64,000 nt of DNA from Candidatus Anderseniibacteriota bacterium. GTDB taxonomy: Bacteria > Patescibacteriota > Andersenbacteria > UBA10190. The position numbers were made by a program, and so were the translations under genes. This document shows positions 1-9,391 of this stretch, in pieces. The notes below the pieces were generated by a model, which was given only the letters and a program-made list of their open reading frames with translations, was not told the DNA's origin and did no database searches. The stretch's first letter is position 1. Every line of letters begins with the position of its first letter. The stretch is from positions 128,048 through 192,047 of the forward strand of contig JAIOOW010000003.1 of the NCBI GenBank assembly GCA_021414205.1, in the 5' to 3' direction.

Positions 1-22
1 TACGGTTGCGCCTGAAGCGGCA

Positions 23-271
23 GTGTCGCCACGCCTGACGGTGGCTTCTGTTTGGGGCCGGATTTGGAAAATTGCTTTCTTGTTAGCGGTAGTAGTTGCG
101 ATGGGTGCGATGATCTACAACCGCGAAGCTATCCGAGAGAGCATTGCTCTGAAAAGCAGTGCTGTTACGAAACCGGAAAAAGCCCAGGCTTCTCCGAAAA
201 AGCAGAAAAGTTCGCTTCAGCGTGCGCTGGAGGAATATCAAGAAACCAAAGACAAGGAATCCGAGGAATGA
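23..271 (+). CDS. Small membrane protein (one predicted TM), possibly the C-terminal part of a longer ORF starting upstream of the window
   Basis: ORF with hydrophobic stretch IAFLLAVVVAMGAMIY. Its stop overlaps the next gene start by ATGA. Lies in an unusually GC-rich stretch (first 60 nt about 67% GC). No family recognised. Confidence 0.3.
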   Translation: MSPRLTVASVWGRIWKIAFLLAVVVAMGAMIYNREAIRESIALKSSAVTKPEKAQASPKKQKSSLQRALEEYQETKDKESEE

Positions 272-747
272 ACCGCTACGTATTGTGTTTGCTAGTGATG
301 CTGGTGCTCGTTGTAGGATGCGGCCAGGGTGCTAAGCCGGCAGAATCCGGCGACACTCCCACAACCACTCTTGAGGATGTGGGGACTGGGATGCAAGTGC
401 TTTTGAAAAACGATAAAGAGCACGAGAAGGAGTTGAAGTCCATCAAGAATTCCCTGAAAGGAAAAGAATTCCGCGGATTGTCTCAAGGGATTCGAATTGG
501 GGAGTCGGGAGTACTCAGGATCGATATTCCTTCCGATGACGAAGGAAACGATCTAGTGAGTCCTGCTCAGGTTGCAGAGGCAGTTATTGATGCGGGGGAT
601 GAACTGAGAGCGGTTGCCTGCAAGCCTCCGGGGAGCGGGCCAGTGGCGAAGCCATTGCCCAAAAAAAATGCTCCTTTTGGAGGGAGGAAGCCAAAGGGTC
701 GTTCTCCTGCAGGAGGACCTTCTCCCGATTCGCCTCCGTCTACGTAA
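268..747 (+). CDS. Putative lipoprotein (signal peptide with lipobox LVVGC), Pro/Gly-rich C-terminus
   Basis: N-terminus MNRYVLCLLVMLVLVVGCGQG is a classic type II signal peptide/lipobox. Remainder is a low-complexity acidic then basic Pro-rich tail. In frame with ORF-track entry 52..747. Confidence 0.45.
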   Translation: MNRYVLCLLVMLVLVVGCGQGAKPAESGDTPTTTLEDVGTGMQVLLKNDKEHEKELKSIKNSLKGKEFRGLSQGIRIGESGVLRIDIPSDDEGNDLVSPAQVAEAVIDAGDELRAVACKPPGSGPVAKPLPKKNAPFGGRKPKGRSPAGGPSPDSPPST

Positions 748-936
748 GTTTGCTCGTTTTGATCAGTTCTCAGTCGGTACACGCTTTGTGTCCCGGCTGA
801 TTTTTTTATTTCCATCACATTTTTATATGAGTACTAAAAGTGTTCATATAGTATTTTGCCTAAAATACGCAAAAAAGAGACGTATATTCAATAGGGTAGA
901 CAATTGCTCTTCATCCGAGCACACTTAACCATAGAT

Positions 937-1911
937 ATGACCCATCCAATTCGAGGAACAAGAAATGAGCGCAGTTTGGTGCATATGCACGCATTGCTCG
1001 AATTGAGCGGGCGAGATGGCGACGATCTTACGAGGATGATAGACATTATTAGGAATGCTCCAGATAGTGCTACTGCGATGTACGAGGTGGTGAATTTTTT
1101 ACATGTTCAAGACAGTGCTCTCCAAGAAAAATGGAATAAACACGTATCTCAAGTATGGTTCGAACTTCATCCGAATGTTCCTGCAAATTTGAATTTATTT
1201 ATTATGAGTCAGGATGTCATGCTGTCTGACGCGCTTATGGAAGTTCACGGGCTATTGCAGGAATTAGCTGAACGCCCTGCACGCGCCAACGAATTATTGA
1301 TAACCGGAGTGCTTCATGCTTCTGAAGAGCAGCGAATTGCGGACACATTGAGTGTATTTGCGGGGGATGGTATGAATGTTCGCCGGGCGTCTGCAATTGT
1401 AGAAGAGCTTCGATTGGTTCGTATTGTGAAGAACGAGGTACGGGTAGTGAAGTCTCGATACAACCGCTTTCAAGCACTTCCACTATCGGCGCAGTATTAC
1501 ATGGTGTGGCATATCGACATGTATCACCTGGATTGGAAGGAATACGCATATGGCATGCAATCTCATTTGGCAGTATTTCAGCAATACTTGCCGATGATTT
1601 GGGAATTGCTTGAACATACTTCCGTTGGACAGGCGCATAGCGTTGATGAATTTGCTTGGCATGTCGTTCGCGCGTTTCGACCATTGTGGCAACAAGAAAA
1701 TGCCTTAGGGGCTTATGAGCAATCCGCGCTTCATGCCATGATTAACGAGTGGCTCGTTGATAAGGTGTTTGCACGCTATGGCCTTGTAGATCGTATGGAT
1801 ATGGACATTGAAGGCTCTCCAAGAGCGTTTATGTGGAATCGGGCGGGGATTACCCTGTTGCATTCAGAGAGAACAATAAAACTCCCGTGCGCAATCGATG
1901 TTCTTGAATAG
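937..1911 (+). CDS. Hypothetical protein (about 325 aa), unknown function, next to recombinase
   Basis: Long uninterrupted ORF (track 904..1911; ATG at 937 preferred). AT-rich promoter-like region upstream (750-930). No recognisable motifs. Convergent with the recombinase gene, stop to stop. Confidence 0.5.
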   Translation: MTHPIRGTRNERSLVHMHALLELSGRDGDDLTRMIDIIRNAPDSATAMYEVVNFLHVQDSALQEKWNKHVSQVWFELHPNVPANLNLFIMSQDVMLSDALMEVHGLLQELAERPARANELLITGVLHASEEQRIADTLSVFAGDGMNVRRASAIVEELRLVRIVKNEVRVVKSRYNRFQALPLSAQYYMVWHIDMYHLDWKEYAYGMQSHLAVFQQYLPMIWELLEHTSVGQAHSVDEFAWHVVRAFRPLWQQENALGAYEQSALHAMINEWLVDKVFARYGLVDRMDMDIEGSPRAFMWNRAGITLLHSERTIKLPCAIDVLE

Positions 1912-2823
1912 CTAATCTTGTTTTGAGTGGTGGTACTTGTCGTGAATAGACTGTAGGTGAGTGTCGGTAAGGTGAGTATAGATTTGTGTAGTTGTAATCG
2001 ATGAGTGGCCCAGTAATTGCTGTACGTGCCGTATATCTGCTCCATTTTGCAGCAAATCTGTTGCAAATGAATGCCGAAGGGTATGCGGAGTAATATCTTT
2101 GGTAATTCCAGCGTTTACTGCTCGTTTTTTAATAATTCTTTGCATTGTTCGTGTGCTGAGGCGTAGGTCTTCTTGGTCCCCGATGCCTTTCTTGTGCCGG
2201 ATAAATAGCGCTGGGTCAATGTCTTTCCGCTGGGCGACATATGCGCTAATTGCGGTAAAAGCCGGTTTTGATAAAAATACGACTCGGATTTTATTGCCCT
2301 TTCCTCGCACGGGAATTTCGTTTGAACTTTCTCTAATATCATCTCTATCCAGCTGAGCTGCTTCGGAAATGCGAACTCCTGTAGAAAAGAGCAGGGAAAG
2401 TAGAGCAAAATCACGGAGATCCTCGATAGATGACCCGCTCATGGAGGAGAGGAGTAAGTCGATTTCCTCCGGATACAGCACATCTACGTCTCGTTCTGGC
2501 AGCTTTGCAAGCTCAACTCGCTCTGGGGCCAAGCAGGCGATATCTTGCTTTGTTACGTAGGTTAAAAATTGCCTGATAGCTATGAGGTAGTAATTCTGTG
2601 TAGGGAGGGCAACGCCATTGCCGGACCCCGCCTCTTCATGGAGCCATCTGCGAAACAGGCGAATAGAGTGAATGGTGATATCTTCTATGCTAGAGATGGC
2701 TTGTTGGTTAAAGAATGTTCGAAGGTAGTAGTCATAGTTTTTTGCCGTTTTATGCGATCGACCCTGTCCGATCTCCAGGTTTTCCAAAAAGTCGTTTCGA
2801 AGGTCTAAAAGGGATGTTTCCAT
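1912..2823 (-). CDS. xerC: Tyrosine site-specific recombinase, XerC/XerD family (phage-integrase fold)
   Basis: 303 aa. C-terminal catalytic signature HTLRHSFATDLLQNGADIRHVQQLLGHSSITTTQIYTHL (R..HxxR..Y) and an N-terminal SAM-like core-binding domain are typical of XerC/D. Confidence 0.85.
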   Translation of the reverse strand: METSLLDLRNDFLENLEIGQGRSHKTAKNYDYYLRTFFNQQAISSIEDITIHSIRLFRRWLHEEAGSGNGVALPTQNYYLIAIRQFLTYVTKQDIACLAPERVELAKLPERDVDVLYPEEIDLLLSSMSGSSIEDLRDFALLSLLFSTGVRISEAAQLDRDDIRESSNEIPVRGKGNKIRVVFLSKPAFTAISAYVAQRKDIDPALFIRHKKGIGDQEDLRLSTRTMQRIIKKRAVNAGITKDITPHTLRHSFATDLLQNGADIRHVQQLLGHSSITTTQIYTHLTDTHLQSIHDKYHHSKQD

Positions 2824-2878
2824 GTATTTATAGTATATCCTCTTTACTTTTTTAGGGAACTATGTACGATATGAGGAT

Positions 2879-3151
2879 ATGAGCAAAGTTGAAGAAAGGA
2901 AACAAACCATTATCAAGAAGTTCAAACTTCACACTGAAGACACGGGTTCTCCGGAGGTTCAGATTGCTATTTTCTCTGAAAAGATCGAAGAGCTTGCTGG
3001 GCATTTGAAGAAAAACAAGAAGGATCATCACAGCCGAAGAGGGTTGCTCGGGATGGTAAGCAAGCGAAAGCGCCTACTATCATATTTGAAGCGTCAGGAC
3101 GAAAAGAGATATCAAGCGCTTACGAAGAAATTAGGCATCAAGCAGGTGTGA
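2879..3151 (+). CDS. rpsO: 30S ribosomal protein S15
   Basis: 90 aa. Conserved S15 sequence ([38 protein letters not shown]). Immediately upstream of pnp as in most bacteria. Confidence 0.95.
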   Translation: MSKVEERKQTIIKKFKLHTEDTGSPEVQIAIFSEKIEELAGHLKKNKKDHHSRRGLLGMVSKRKRLLSYLKRQDEKRYQALTKKLGIKQV

Positions 3152-3705
3152 GCGCGCCCGGACAATTTCCTCAACAGAGAGTAGGGGTTTTTGTAGACAT
3201 TCAGAATATGTATTATTCCGCCCGTGCTATCCATGCACGGAAAGTTAATTTTAAGAATGTGTTAGAGCAAGCAGTATCCGGCAGGCAGCTTGTACGGGCA
3301 ATTGCGTACGGCATTACAACGGAAGAGGCTCATGAGGAAGAATTCCATGATGCATTGTCTGCTCAAGGGTTTGAAGTAAAAACGAAGCCATTGCAGACGT
3401 TTATGGGCGGGCAAAAGAAGGGCGATTGGGACGTAGGGATTGCAACTGACGTGTTGCGGCTAGAACCGAAAATCGACGTGGCCGTATTAGTGTGTGGTGA
3501 TGGTGATTTTGTCCCTATGGTTGAGTTTGCAAAAGAAAAAGGGCTTCGTGTTGAAGTGGTAAGCTTTAGAGAGAGTACGTCTAAAAATTTAATTGAATCT
3601 GCTGACGGTTTCTTTGATTTATCAAGTAAGATTGATCAGTTTTTAATCAAAGATGCAAAGCGACCAACTTCGCGTCCGAAAAGAACAGTAAAAATATTGT
3701 CATAA
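3148..3705 (+). CDS. NYN-domain (LabA-like, PF01936-type) predicted ribonuclease
   Basis: Motifs [14 protein letters not shown] and [28 protein letters not shown] match the LabA/NYN PIN-like fold. Overlaps rpsO stop by 4 nt, so likely translationally coupled. Confidence 0.75.
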   Translation: MSAPGQFPQQRVGVFVDIQNMYYSARAIHARKVNFKNVLEQAVSGRQLVRAIAYGITTEEAHEEEFHDALSAQGFEVKTKPLQTFMGGQKKGDWDVGIATDVLRLEPKIDVAVLVCGDGDFVPMVEFAKEKGLRVEVVSFRESTSKNLIESADGFFDLSSKIDQFLIKDAKRPTSRPKRTVKILS

Positions 3706-3866
3706 GCATGCCACGTGTCGCGGTGCGTTGTACGGCGATATATGATCATTCTTAAACAATACGCATTCGCAAACTTCAGCAATATCTTTAGACTTTTGCC
3801 CGCCTATCGTAAGCGGATAAAATCCTGAAGATATGCATATTGAGGGAGTAGCGATGCGATCTACAT

Positions 3867-5969
3867 ATGAATAACGAATCAAAAAAAGAAGTTTCTGGTA
3901 TTGTTGGTGCTCAGGAGATACGTATTAGTACGGGAGAGCTTGCCCGCCAGGCAGGCGGGTCTGTGCTTGTGCAATGCGGAGAGACGATAGTGTTGGGTAC
4001 TGCAACGATGGGAAAGCCGATGTCTCCTGATGCGAATTTTTTGCCGCTTCTTGTTGAGTATGATGAAAAGTTTTATGCAGCAGGGAAAATAAAAGGAAGT
4101 CGCTTTATGAAGAGAGAAGGAAAGCCTCATGACGATGCAATTTTAACAGCGCGATTAATCGATAGGTCCATTCGGCCATTATTCCCGAAAGGCATGATTA
4201 ACGATGTTCAGGTTGTTTTGACCGTGTTGTCATACGACGGTGCCAATGATCCCGATGTTATGGCTATGATCGCTGCGTGTGGCGCATTGATGGTAAGCGG
4301 CATCCCTTGGGAAGGACCCCTAGGCGCAACGCGTGTTGGAATGATCGATGGAGAATATGTCATTAATCCGACCATGGAGCAGCGACAGGTAAGTAAGCTT
4401 GATCTATTGCTTGCCGGCACGGCGAAGGATATTTCTATGTTAGAGGCAGGCGCTCGAGAGATTCCGGAGAATGCCGTTCTTGATGCGATTGAGGTTGGGC
4501 AAAAGGGGATAGGGCAGGTTGTTGATTTATTGAGTGAGCTTCAAAAGCAAGTGGCGCCGATAATGGAAGAAGCGATCTTTGCAAAGAAAAATGACGAGCA
4601 TACTCAAAAGATAGAAGAGCTATCTAGGCCTTTGTTAACAGACAAACTATCTTTATCAAAAGGAAAGGATGACATTGCTCAGGCTGAGCGAGATGTTGTT
4701 GCGCATGTGCTTGAGCATATGTCTGACGAAGAAAAAGAGCTCATTTCTGAGCATGAAGTGCGCGGTATTATTCATATACTTCATGGAAAGGTTACGCGAG
4801 ATCGAGTGCTCGATAGCGATGCGCGTAGTGACGGTAGGGCGCTCACTCAGGTTCGGCCCCTAACAATTTCCGCAGGCGTTCTTCCTCGTGCGCACGGTAC
4901 CGGCTTGTTCAGAAGGGGTGATACTCAAGTGCTCACAGTGCTTACGCTTGGTGGACCAGATGATGCTTTAATAGTGGATACGATTAGGAGCGAGGCAAAG
5001 AAGCGATATATTCATTATTACAATTTTCCAGCGTTTTCTGTAGGAGAGATTCGCCCAAGCCGAGGTCCCGGACGACGCGAGATTGGCCACGGAGCTCTCG
5101 CTGAGCGTGCATTATATGCTGTTCTTCCGGAATACGAGCAATGGCCCTATACGATGCTGTTATTCTCTGAAGTGTTGGAAAGTAACGGGTCATCGTCGAT
5201 GGCTTCCGTATGCGGATCATCTCTTGCGTTAATGGATGCAGGTGTACCTATTACGAACCCTGTTGCAGGTATTGCGATGGGCTTAATGTCTGATGGAAAG
5301 GGGAAATATAGAGTATTAACGGATATCGCCGGAATGGAAGATGAAAAAGGGGATATGGATTTCAAGGTTGCTGGTACGAAAAACGGGATTACTGCGCTGC
5401 AAATGGACATTAAGGTCATCGGCCTCACTCGAGAGATTCTTGAAAAAGCCCTGCAGCAAGCAAAGGATGCAAGGATGCATATTTTGGGAGAAATGAATAA
5501 GGTTCTCGCAGAGCCGCGAAAGGAATTATCGAAATACGCTCCACGAATTCATACGATGCGGATCTCTGTCGACAAGATAGGTGACTTGATCGGTCCGAAG
5601 GGGAAGAATATTAACGAAATTATTGAACAAACGGGCGCAAGTATATCAGTTGAAGATGATGGACTAGTGTCTATAGTTACAAACGACGGAGACGCAATGG
5701 AAAAGGCGAAGAAGATGGTTGATGATCTTACTCGGGTGATTAAAGCGGGTGATCGTTTTGAGGGCAAGGTCGTAAAGATTATGGATTTTGGAGCCTTCGT
5801 ACAGCTGGTGCCGAATACCGATGGCTTAGTGCATATATCTCAATTTCAGGACGAGCGTATCGAAAATCTTGCGGACATTGTAAAGGTTGGAGATATTTTA
5901 CCCGTTGTTGTTCTTGAGGTGGATGCAATGGGAAGAATAAATCTTTCACACAAAGCGACTAAAAAGTAG
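3867..5969 (+). CDS. pnp: Polyribonucleotide nucleotidyltransferase (PNPase)
   Basis: 700 aa. Two RNase PH domains (LTARLIDRSIRPLFP..., GSSSMASVCGSSLALMDAGVP), a KH domain (IGDLIGPKGKNI) and a C-terminal S1 domain (GDRFEGKVVKIMDFGAFV). Confidence 0.95.
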   Translation: MNNESKKEVSGIVGAQEIRISTGELARQAGGSVLVQCGETIVLGTATMGKPMSPDANFLPLLVEYDEKFYAAGKIKGSRFMKREGKPHDDAILTARLIDRSIRPLFPKGMINDVQVVLTVLSYDGANDPDVMAMIAACGALMVSGIPWEGPLGATRVGMIDGEYVINPTMEQRQVSKLDLLLAGTAKDISMLEAGAREIPENAVLDAIEVGQKGIGQVVDLLSELQKQVAPIMEEAIFAKKNDEHTQKIEELSRPLLTDKLSLSKGKDDIAQAERDVVAHVLEHMSDEEKELISEHEVRGIIHILHGKVTRDRVLDSDARSDGRALTQVRPLTISAGVLPRAHGTGLFRRGDTQVLTVLTLGGPDDALIVDTIRSEAKKRYIHYYNFPAFSVGEIRPSRGPGRREIGHGALAERALYAVLPEYEQWPYTMLLFSEVLESNGSSSMASVCGSSLALMDAGVPITNPVAGIAMGLMSDGKGKYRVLTDIAGMEDEKGDMDFKVAGTKNGITALQMDIKVIGLTREILEKALQQAKDARMHILGEMNKVLAEPRKELSKYAPRIHTMRISVDKIGDLIGPKGKNINEIIEQTGASISVEDDGLVSIVTNDGDAMEKAKKMVDDLTRVIKAGDRFEGKVVKIMDFGAFVQLVPNTDGLVHISQFQDERIENLADIVKVGDILPVVVLEVDAMGRINLSHKATKK

Positions 5970-5983
5970 TACAATAAAATGCG

Positions 5984-7516
5984 ATGGAGGAGGGGATCAC
6001 TATTCGCACAATGCAGGATGATGTTGCTGGATTAAAAAAACAGCAACTTTCTGCTGCGGGCATTTCTGGGAAGACTCTCAAGAAAGAACTTGGTCCAATG
6101 CCAAAAAAGAATCCGGCTAAAAAAGGTATCCTCGTAGGAGGTATTATTTTGCTTTTCTGCGTTATAGGCGCCGGTGCTTGGTTCGGGTATTCAACATTCC
6201 TCAGTAAGGGAGATGTTGCTATGAATAGCGCATCACCGCTTCCTATTACAGAAGTGATTCCTAGTGACGTTGTTGCTGTTGTTGCGTATGACGCTTCTAG
6301 TGATGCGAATCGAGCTGTCATTAGTTCGTATTGGAGTAATGGCGGCGATGCCTCTCAGGTGTTTAAAAACGCAGATCCTACAACTCTCTTAACCTCAACA
6401 GATGCTCAGTCGGTATATTATTTTGTGCTTGCAAATAATTCCACACCTTTTACGGTGATTCCAAAAACCTCACAAACGACAAAGTATCTTCAGGAAGGAC
6501 AAGGTATAAAATATGCAGAAAAAGGAGGCTGGTATATTGTGCACGAACTTACTATTGATGATTATACTGCAGACATTGATCGGGGTAATTATTCTAACAA
6601 TCCAAATGCATCGTTATTACCTGGAAGTGGCTTTGTTGCAAGATATATTATTAATTCGAGTTTGATTCCTCAGCTATTGTCCCTACCTGCAAATTTAGGA
6701 ATAGATCGTCAGCAAATAGTATTTGATGTTAACCAGGTGAGCGGAGATGGGGCGGTGCAAGGGGAATATGCGCTATCTGAAATTGCTGTACCTGAAGGGG
6801 TTACCCCAGACACGACTCAGCTAACGGCGCTCGTTCCTGGTGATGCATCATTTTTGCGGGTAGGTGAAAATTTTTCAAATGACATCGCTGAGTTTCAGCA
6901 AACCCATTCCGTATTTGATACCCATATATTTAGCGAGCCTGCAATTCAGCAGTATATCGCTAAGCTAAGTACCCCATATGCACTCTATGTTCGCACGGGT
7001 GTAGATGGTGTTCCTGATACAGGCCTTATTATACAGATTCCCGACACATTAAAGCCTCACAAAGGGTACAGCGATCCCATCATAGAGCAGCTGCTCACTT
7101 CATTTGCCCCATTCGTTACAGGAAGAGCGCTTGGCTCTCAGATTGTATTTGCGGACGGCTCTTACAATGCAATTCCTATAAGGTATACAAACCTCGAAGG
7201 ACAAACGTCCGCACTAGACTATACTATTGGAGATAACTACATACTAATTGCATCTTCGAGAGAGGGGATGCAGGCGCTTGGCGCAATGGCGCTAGGTACT
7301 GGAAGTGCAATGGTATCGAATAGTCCGTGGAATACGCTGCTTCAAAAAGCAAAATCCTTTGTTCCTTATAATATGATTGCGGGAACTATTGCGGACCCAG
7401 CGATGCTGAGCCTTATCCCTGCGGGGCAATTACACTCGCAAGCATCTATCATTGTTTCTACAAAGGGTGATAATACTGGTATTCATACTCACGCAACGGT
7501 AGAATTTATAAAATGA
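5984..7516 (+). CDS. Hypothetical membrane-anchored protein: short cytoplasmic N-terminus, one TM, large extracytoplasmic domain
   Basis: 510 aa ORF. TM segment ILVGGIILLFCVIGAGAWFGY after an about 45-aa charged N-terminus. No recognisable catalytic motif. 4-nt overlap with the next ORF. Confidence 0.6.
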   Translation: MEEGITIRTMQDDVAGLKKQQLSAAGISGKTLKKELGPMPKKNPAKKGILVGGIILLFCVIGAGAWFGYSTFLSKGDVAMNSASPLPITEVIPSDVVAVVAYDASSDANRAVISSYWSNGGDASQVFKNADPTTLLTSTDAQSVYYFVLANNSTPFTVIPKTSQTTKYLQEGQGIKYAEKGGWYIVHELTIDDYTADIDRGNYSNNPNASLLPGSGFVARYIINSSLIPQLLSLPANLGIDRQQIVFDVNQVSGDGAVQGEYALSEIAVPEGVTPDTTQLTALVPGDASFLRVGENFSNDIAEFQQTHSVFDTHIFSEPAIQQYIAKLSTPYALYVRTGVDGVPDTGLIIQIPDTLKPHKGYSDPIIEQLLTSFAPFVTGRALGSQIVFADGSYNAIPIRYTNLEGQTSALDYTIGDNYILIASSREGMQALGAMALGTGSAMVSNSPWNTLLQKAKSFVPYNMIAGTIADPAMLSLIPAGQLHSQASIIVSTKGDNTGIHTHATVEFIK

Positions 7517-8754
7517 TTTCAAGATATTCTTATTTGCTCTATATAGCAACGTTTAGTTTTCTATTAGTGGCTATTTCGGCGAGCACTACGTCTCTTTGGT
7601 TTTTGCGGGGAGTATTAGGCGCCTCTCAGGGTGTTGTTGAGGTTGGATACAAGCAGGATAATAATATTGAAAAGATGATAAAAAATACTGTTCTTCCTGT
7701 CGCAGGTTCTTATCTCCACTTTTCGCCCAATACCTTTAGTCGACTTGTGTATCTTCAGGATAGGACCGTTGAATATGTTGTTGGTATACCAACATTGCAA
7801 AGTCAGCTTGGAGCCACAAGCACATTAAGCAATGTGGGTTGGAAAACATCTCGAATTGGTTGGATAGTTATAGGGAAAAGGCAGATAAATGGCTCTATTG
7901 AAGAAAATCAAAACGAAAGGAGTGCCAGTCTTGTGAGCGGTGTAAGTGCGGAGTTATCCGCAGTATTTCAACACGGCTTATCAGCTAATCCATTGTTTTT
8001 CTCCAAAGGAATCCCCGGGTTTGCTTCTGTTGAGAGTGGGTTTGCCGTATACGGAGATCAGAAAAAGCATGAGGTGCGCATTTCTCTTGGATACAATTCG
8101 CAGCAATTTATAAAAATAATCGATAGCGAAACTCCTCTGGTTTCCATGCAAAATGATACATTATACGTTGCTATACAAAGAGGAATAATGAGATTCCTGC
8201 CGAAGGAATTTACGTCTGCAATTACTGCTACTATAGATCAGCGATTTCATTTTACGAAAACAAGCCCATCTCTACTAGGTGGAATTCCCGCAGATAGTCT
8301 TGTAGGAATTTTTACCCATGGCAATGATATCGCTATGGGAGTAACAGGGGGTGCCAGCGGCTTTCGGGATAGCGTTGTGAAGTACATTCAATCTGAGCAA
8401 GGGGCAAGGCATCCAATTCGAAAAGGATTTTTATTACCAGATGGTACTGTGGGTCATGAATATGTTCCCGCAAATCCTACGATTAGTTTTGAAAAGACAG
8501 ATGATACGAATTGTGAAAAAGCCGTTGGGTATGACGAGCAATTATTTATGTGCAGCAATTCTTTGGGAGGTATCGATATTGCAACAAGTTTGGATGCTGC
8601 GCAAAAGGCAATTCAGAATTTAAAAGAAGGTAATAGGAATGTTTGGGGGAGCGGTGATGCAGAAGCATTAAAAAATATTCTGCAGGAAAATGCATTCCAA
8701 AAGATTTGGTTCTCCGGTGACGATAAAAGCCTTATGATATCGGGTGCATACTGA
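7513..8754 (+). CDS. Hypothetical secreted/envelope protein (N-terminal signal or anchor)
   Basis: 413 aa ORF. N-terminal hydrophobic segment YLLYIATFSFLLVAISAST. Translationally coupled to the preceding ORF. No recognised domain. Confidence 0.6.
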   Translation: MISRYSYLLYIATFSFLLVAISASTTSLWFLRGVLGASQGVVEVGYKQDNNIEKMIKNTVLPVAGSYLHFSPNTFSRLVYLQDRTVEYVVGIPTLQSQLGATSTLSNVGWKTSRIGWIVIGKRQINGSIEENQNERSASLVSGVSAELSAVFQHGLSANPLFFSKGIPGFASVESGFAVYGDQKKHEVRISLGYNSQQFIKIIDSETPLVSMQNDTLYVAIQRGIMRFLPKEFTSAITATIDQRFHFTKTSPSLLGGIPADSLVGIFTHGNDIAMGVTGGASGFRDSVVKYIQSEQGARHPIRKGFLLPDGTVGHEYVPANPTISFEKTDDTNCEKAVGYDEQLFMCSNSLGGIDIATSLDAAQKAIQNLKEGNRNVWGSGDAEALKNILQENAFQKIWFSGDDKSLMISGAY

Positions 8755-8791
8755 TGTACAACAAATGTGTACAAAAAAAGCCTATTTTGCT

Positions 8792-8820
8792 TTGACCTGG
8801 GGGTAAAAAACTGCTATAAT
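8792..8820 (+). promoter_or_regulatory. Perfect-consensus sigma70 promoter (TTGACC-17 nt-TATAAT) with no ORF immediately downstream
   Basis: TTGACC at 8792-8797, a 17-nt spacer, TATAAT at 8815-8820. Predicted start near 8827. Followed by about 560 nt without a credible ORF. Confidence 0.6.
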
Positions 8821-8826
8821 TACAAC

Positions 8827-9380
8827 ATCGCTCAGTAAGGGTACTGAGAAATAACACAAACAAACAAAACAAAAGATGATCCTGATGAGAGAAGCCCGCG
8901 AAGTGCAATCAGGATCACAGCAAGGGAGCAGAGAACCTTTACAACTGAATAAGAGATAACGGAAAGGCAGGTAGGGGGGCGTGACGAGGGAGGTAAATCA
9001 CTCTGGTCGTGCTTCCTTACCGAAGCATGCCCACACTATGAGGACGAGCCAATCTGCATTGGCCACATATATAAACACAAAAAAAAGAAACAAGTTTGTA
9101 CCTTTGAACTTTATATCGCGGAGAAGGTTGCGCTATATGCGTGTTGATTTATTCAATCGCATGTAACTGGAACCGCAATTATAGTGGGGGAGTATTCTAT
9201 GGAGCAGGACATAGGATGATGCACATAGTTCTTGCTTAACAAAATGCTATTGAGGGCAGGTGCTTGCTGATATCGATTAGATGTCATTAATCACCTGCCT
9301 GAAATTGCTGTAAGCACGAGCTCGAAGGCCGATCGCAGGTCAATATTCTTTATTCGGCCACAGCAATCGGCCTTCACAAT
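8827..9380 (+). ncRNA. Candidate stable/non-coding RNA of unassigned identity, or a long structured 5' leader
   Basis: Non-coding island between the envelope-protein operon and the DksA-like gene. Strong promoter upstream. Several strong hairpins: GATCCTGAT-21 nt loop-ATCAGGATC near 8876-8914, GGCAGGTG...CACCTGCC near 9257-9300, GAAGGCCGAT...ATCGGCCTTC near 9322-9373. No tmRNA T-arm, RNase P P4 or SRP domain IV consensus could be recognised by eye. Confidence 0.3.
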
Positions 9381-9391
9381 TTAAATACATT

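Noticed and set aside
1235-1684. 149-aa antisense ORF inside the 325-aa hypothetical gene, and many similar 60-180-aa antisense ORFs inside pnp, purM, clpC, valS, metG and pilB
   Set aside because: Fully embedded opposite long conserved genes, no motifs, typical of chance ORFs in GC-moderate DNA.
8827-9380. Assignment of the non-coding island to tmRNA, RNase P RNA, SRP RNA or 6S RNA specifically
   Set aside because: Could not find the tmRNA T-arm (GGTTCGA.TCC...CCA), RNase P P4 strands (GGAAAGTCCGG / ACAGAACCCGGCTTA) or SRP GGAAGCAGC motif by eye. Kept only as a generic candidate ncRNA.
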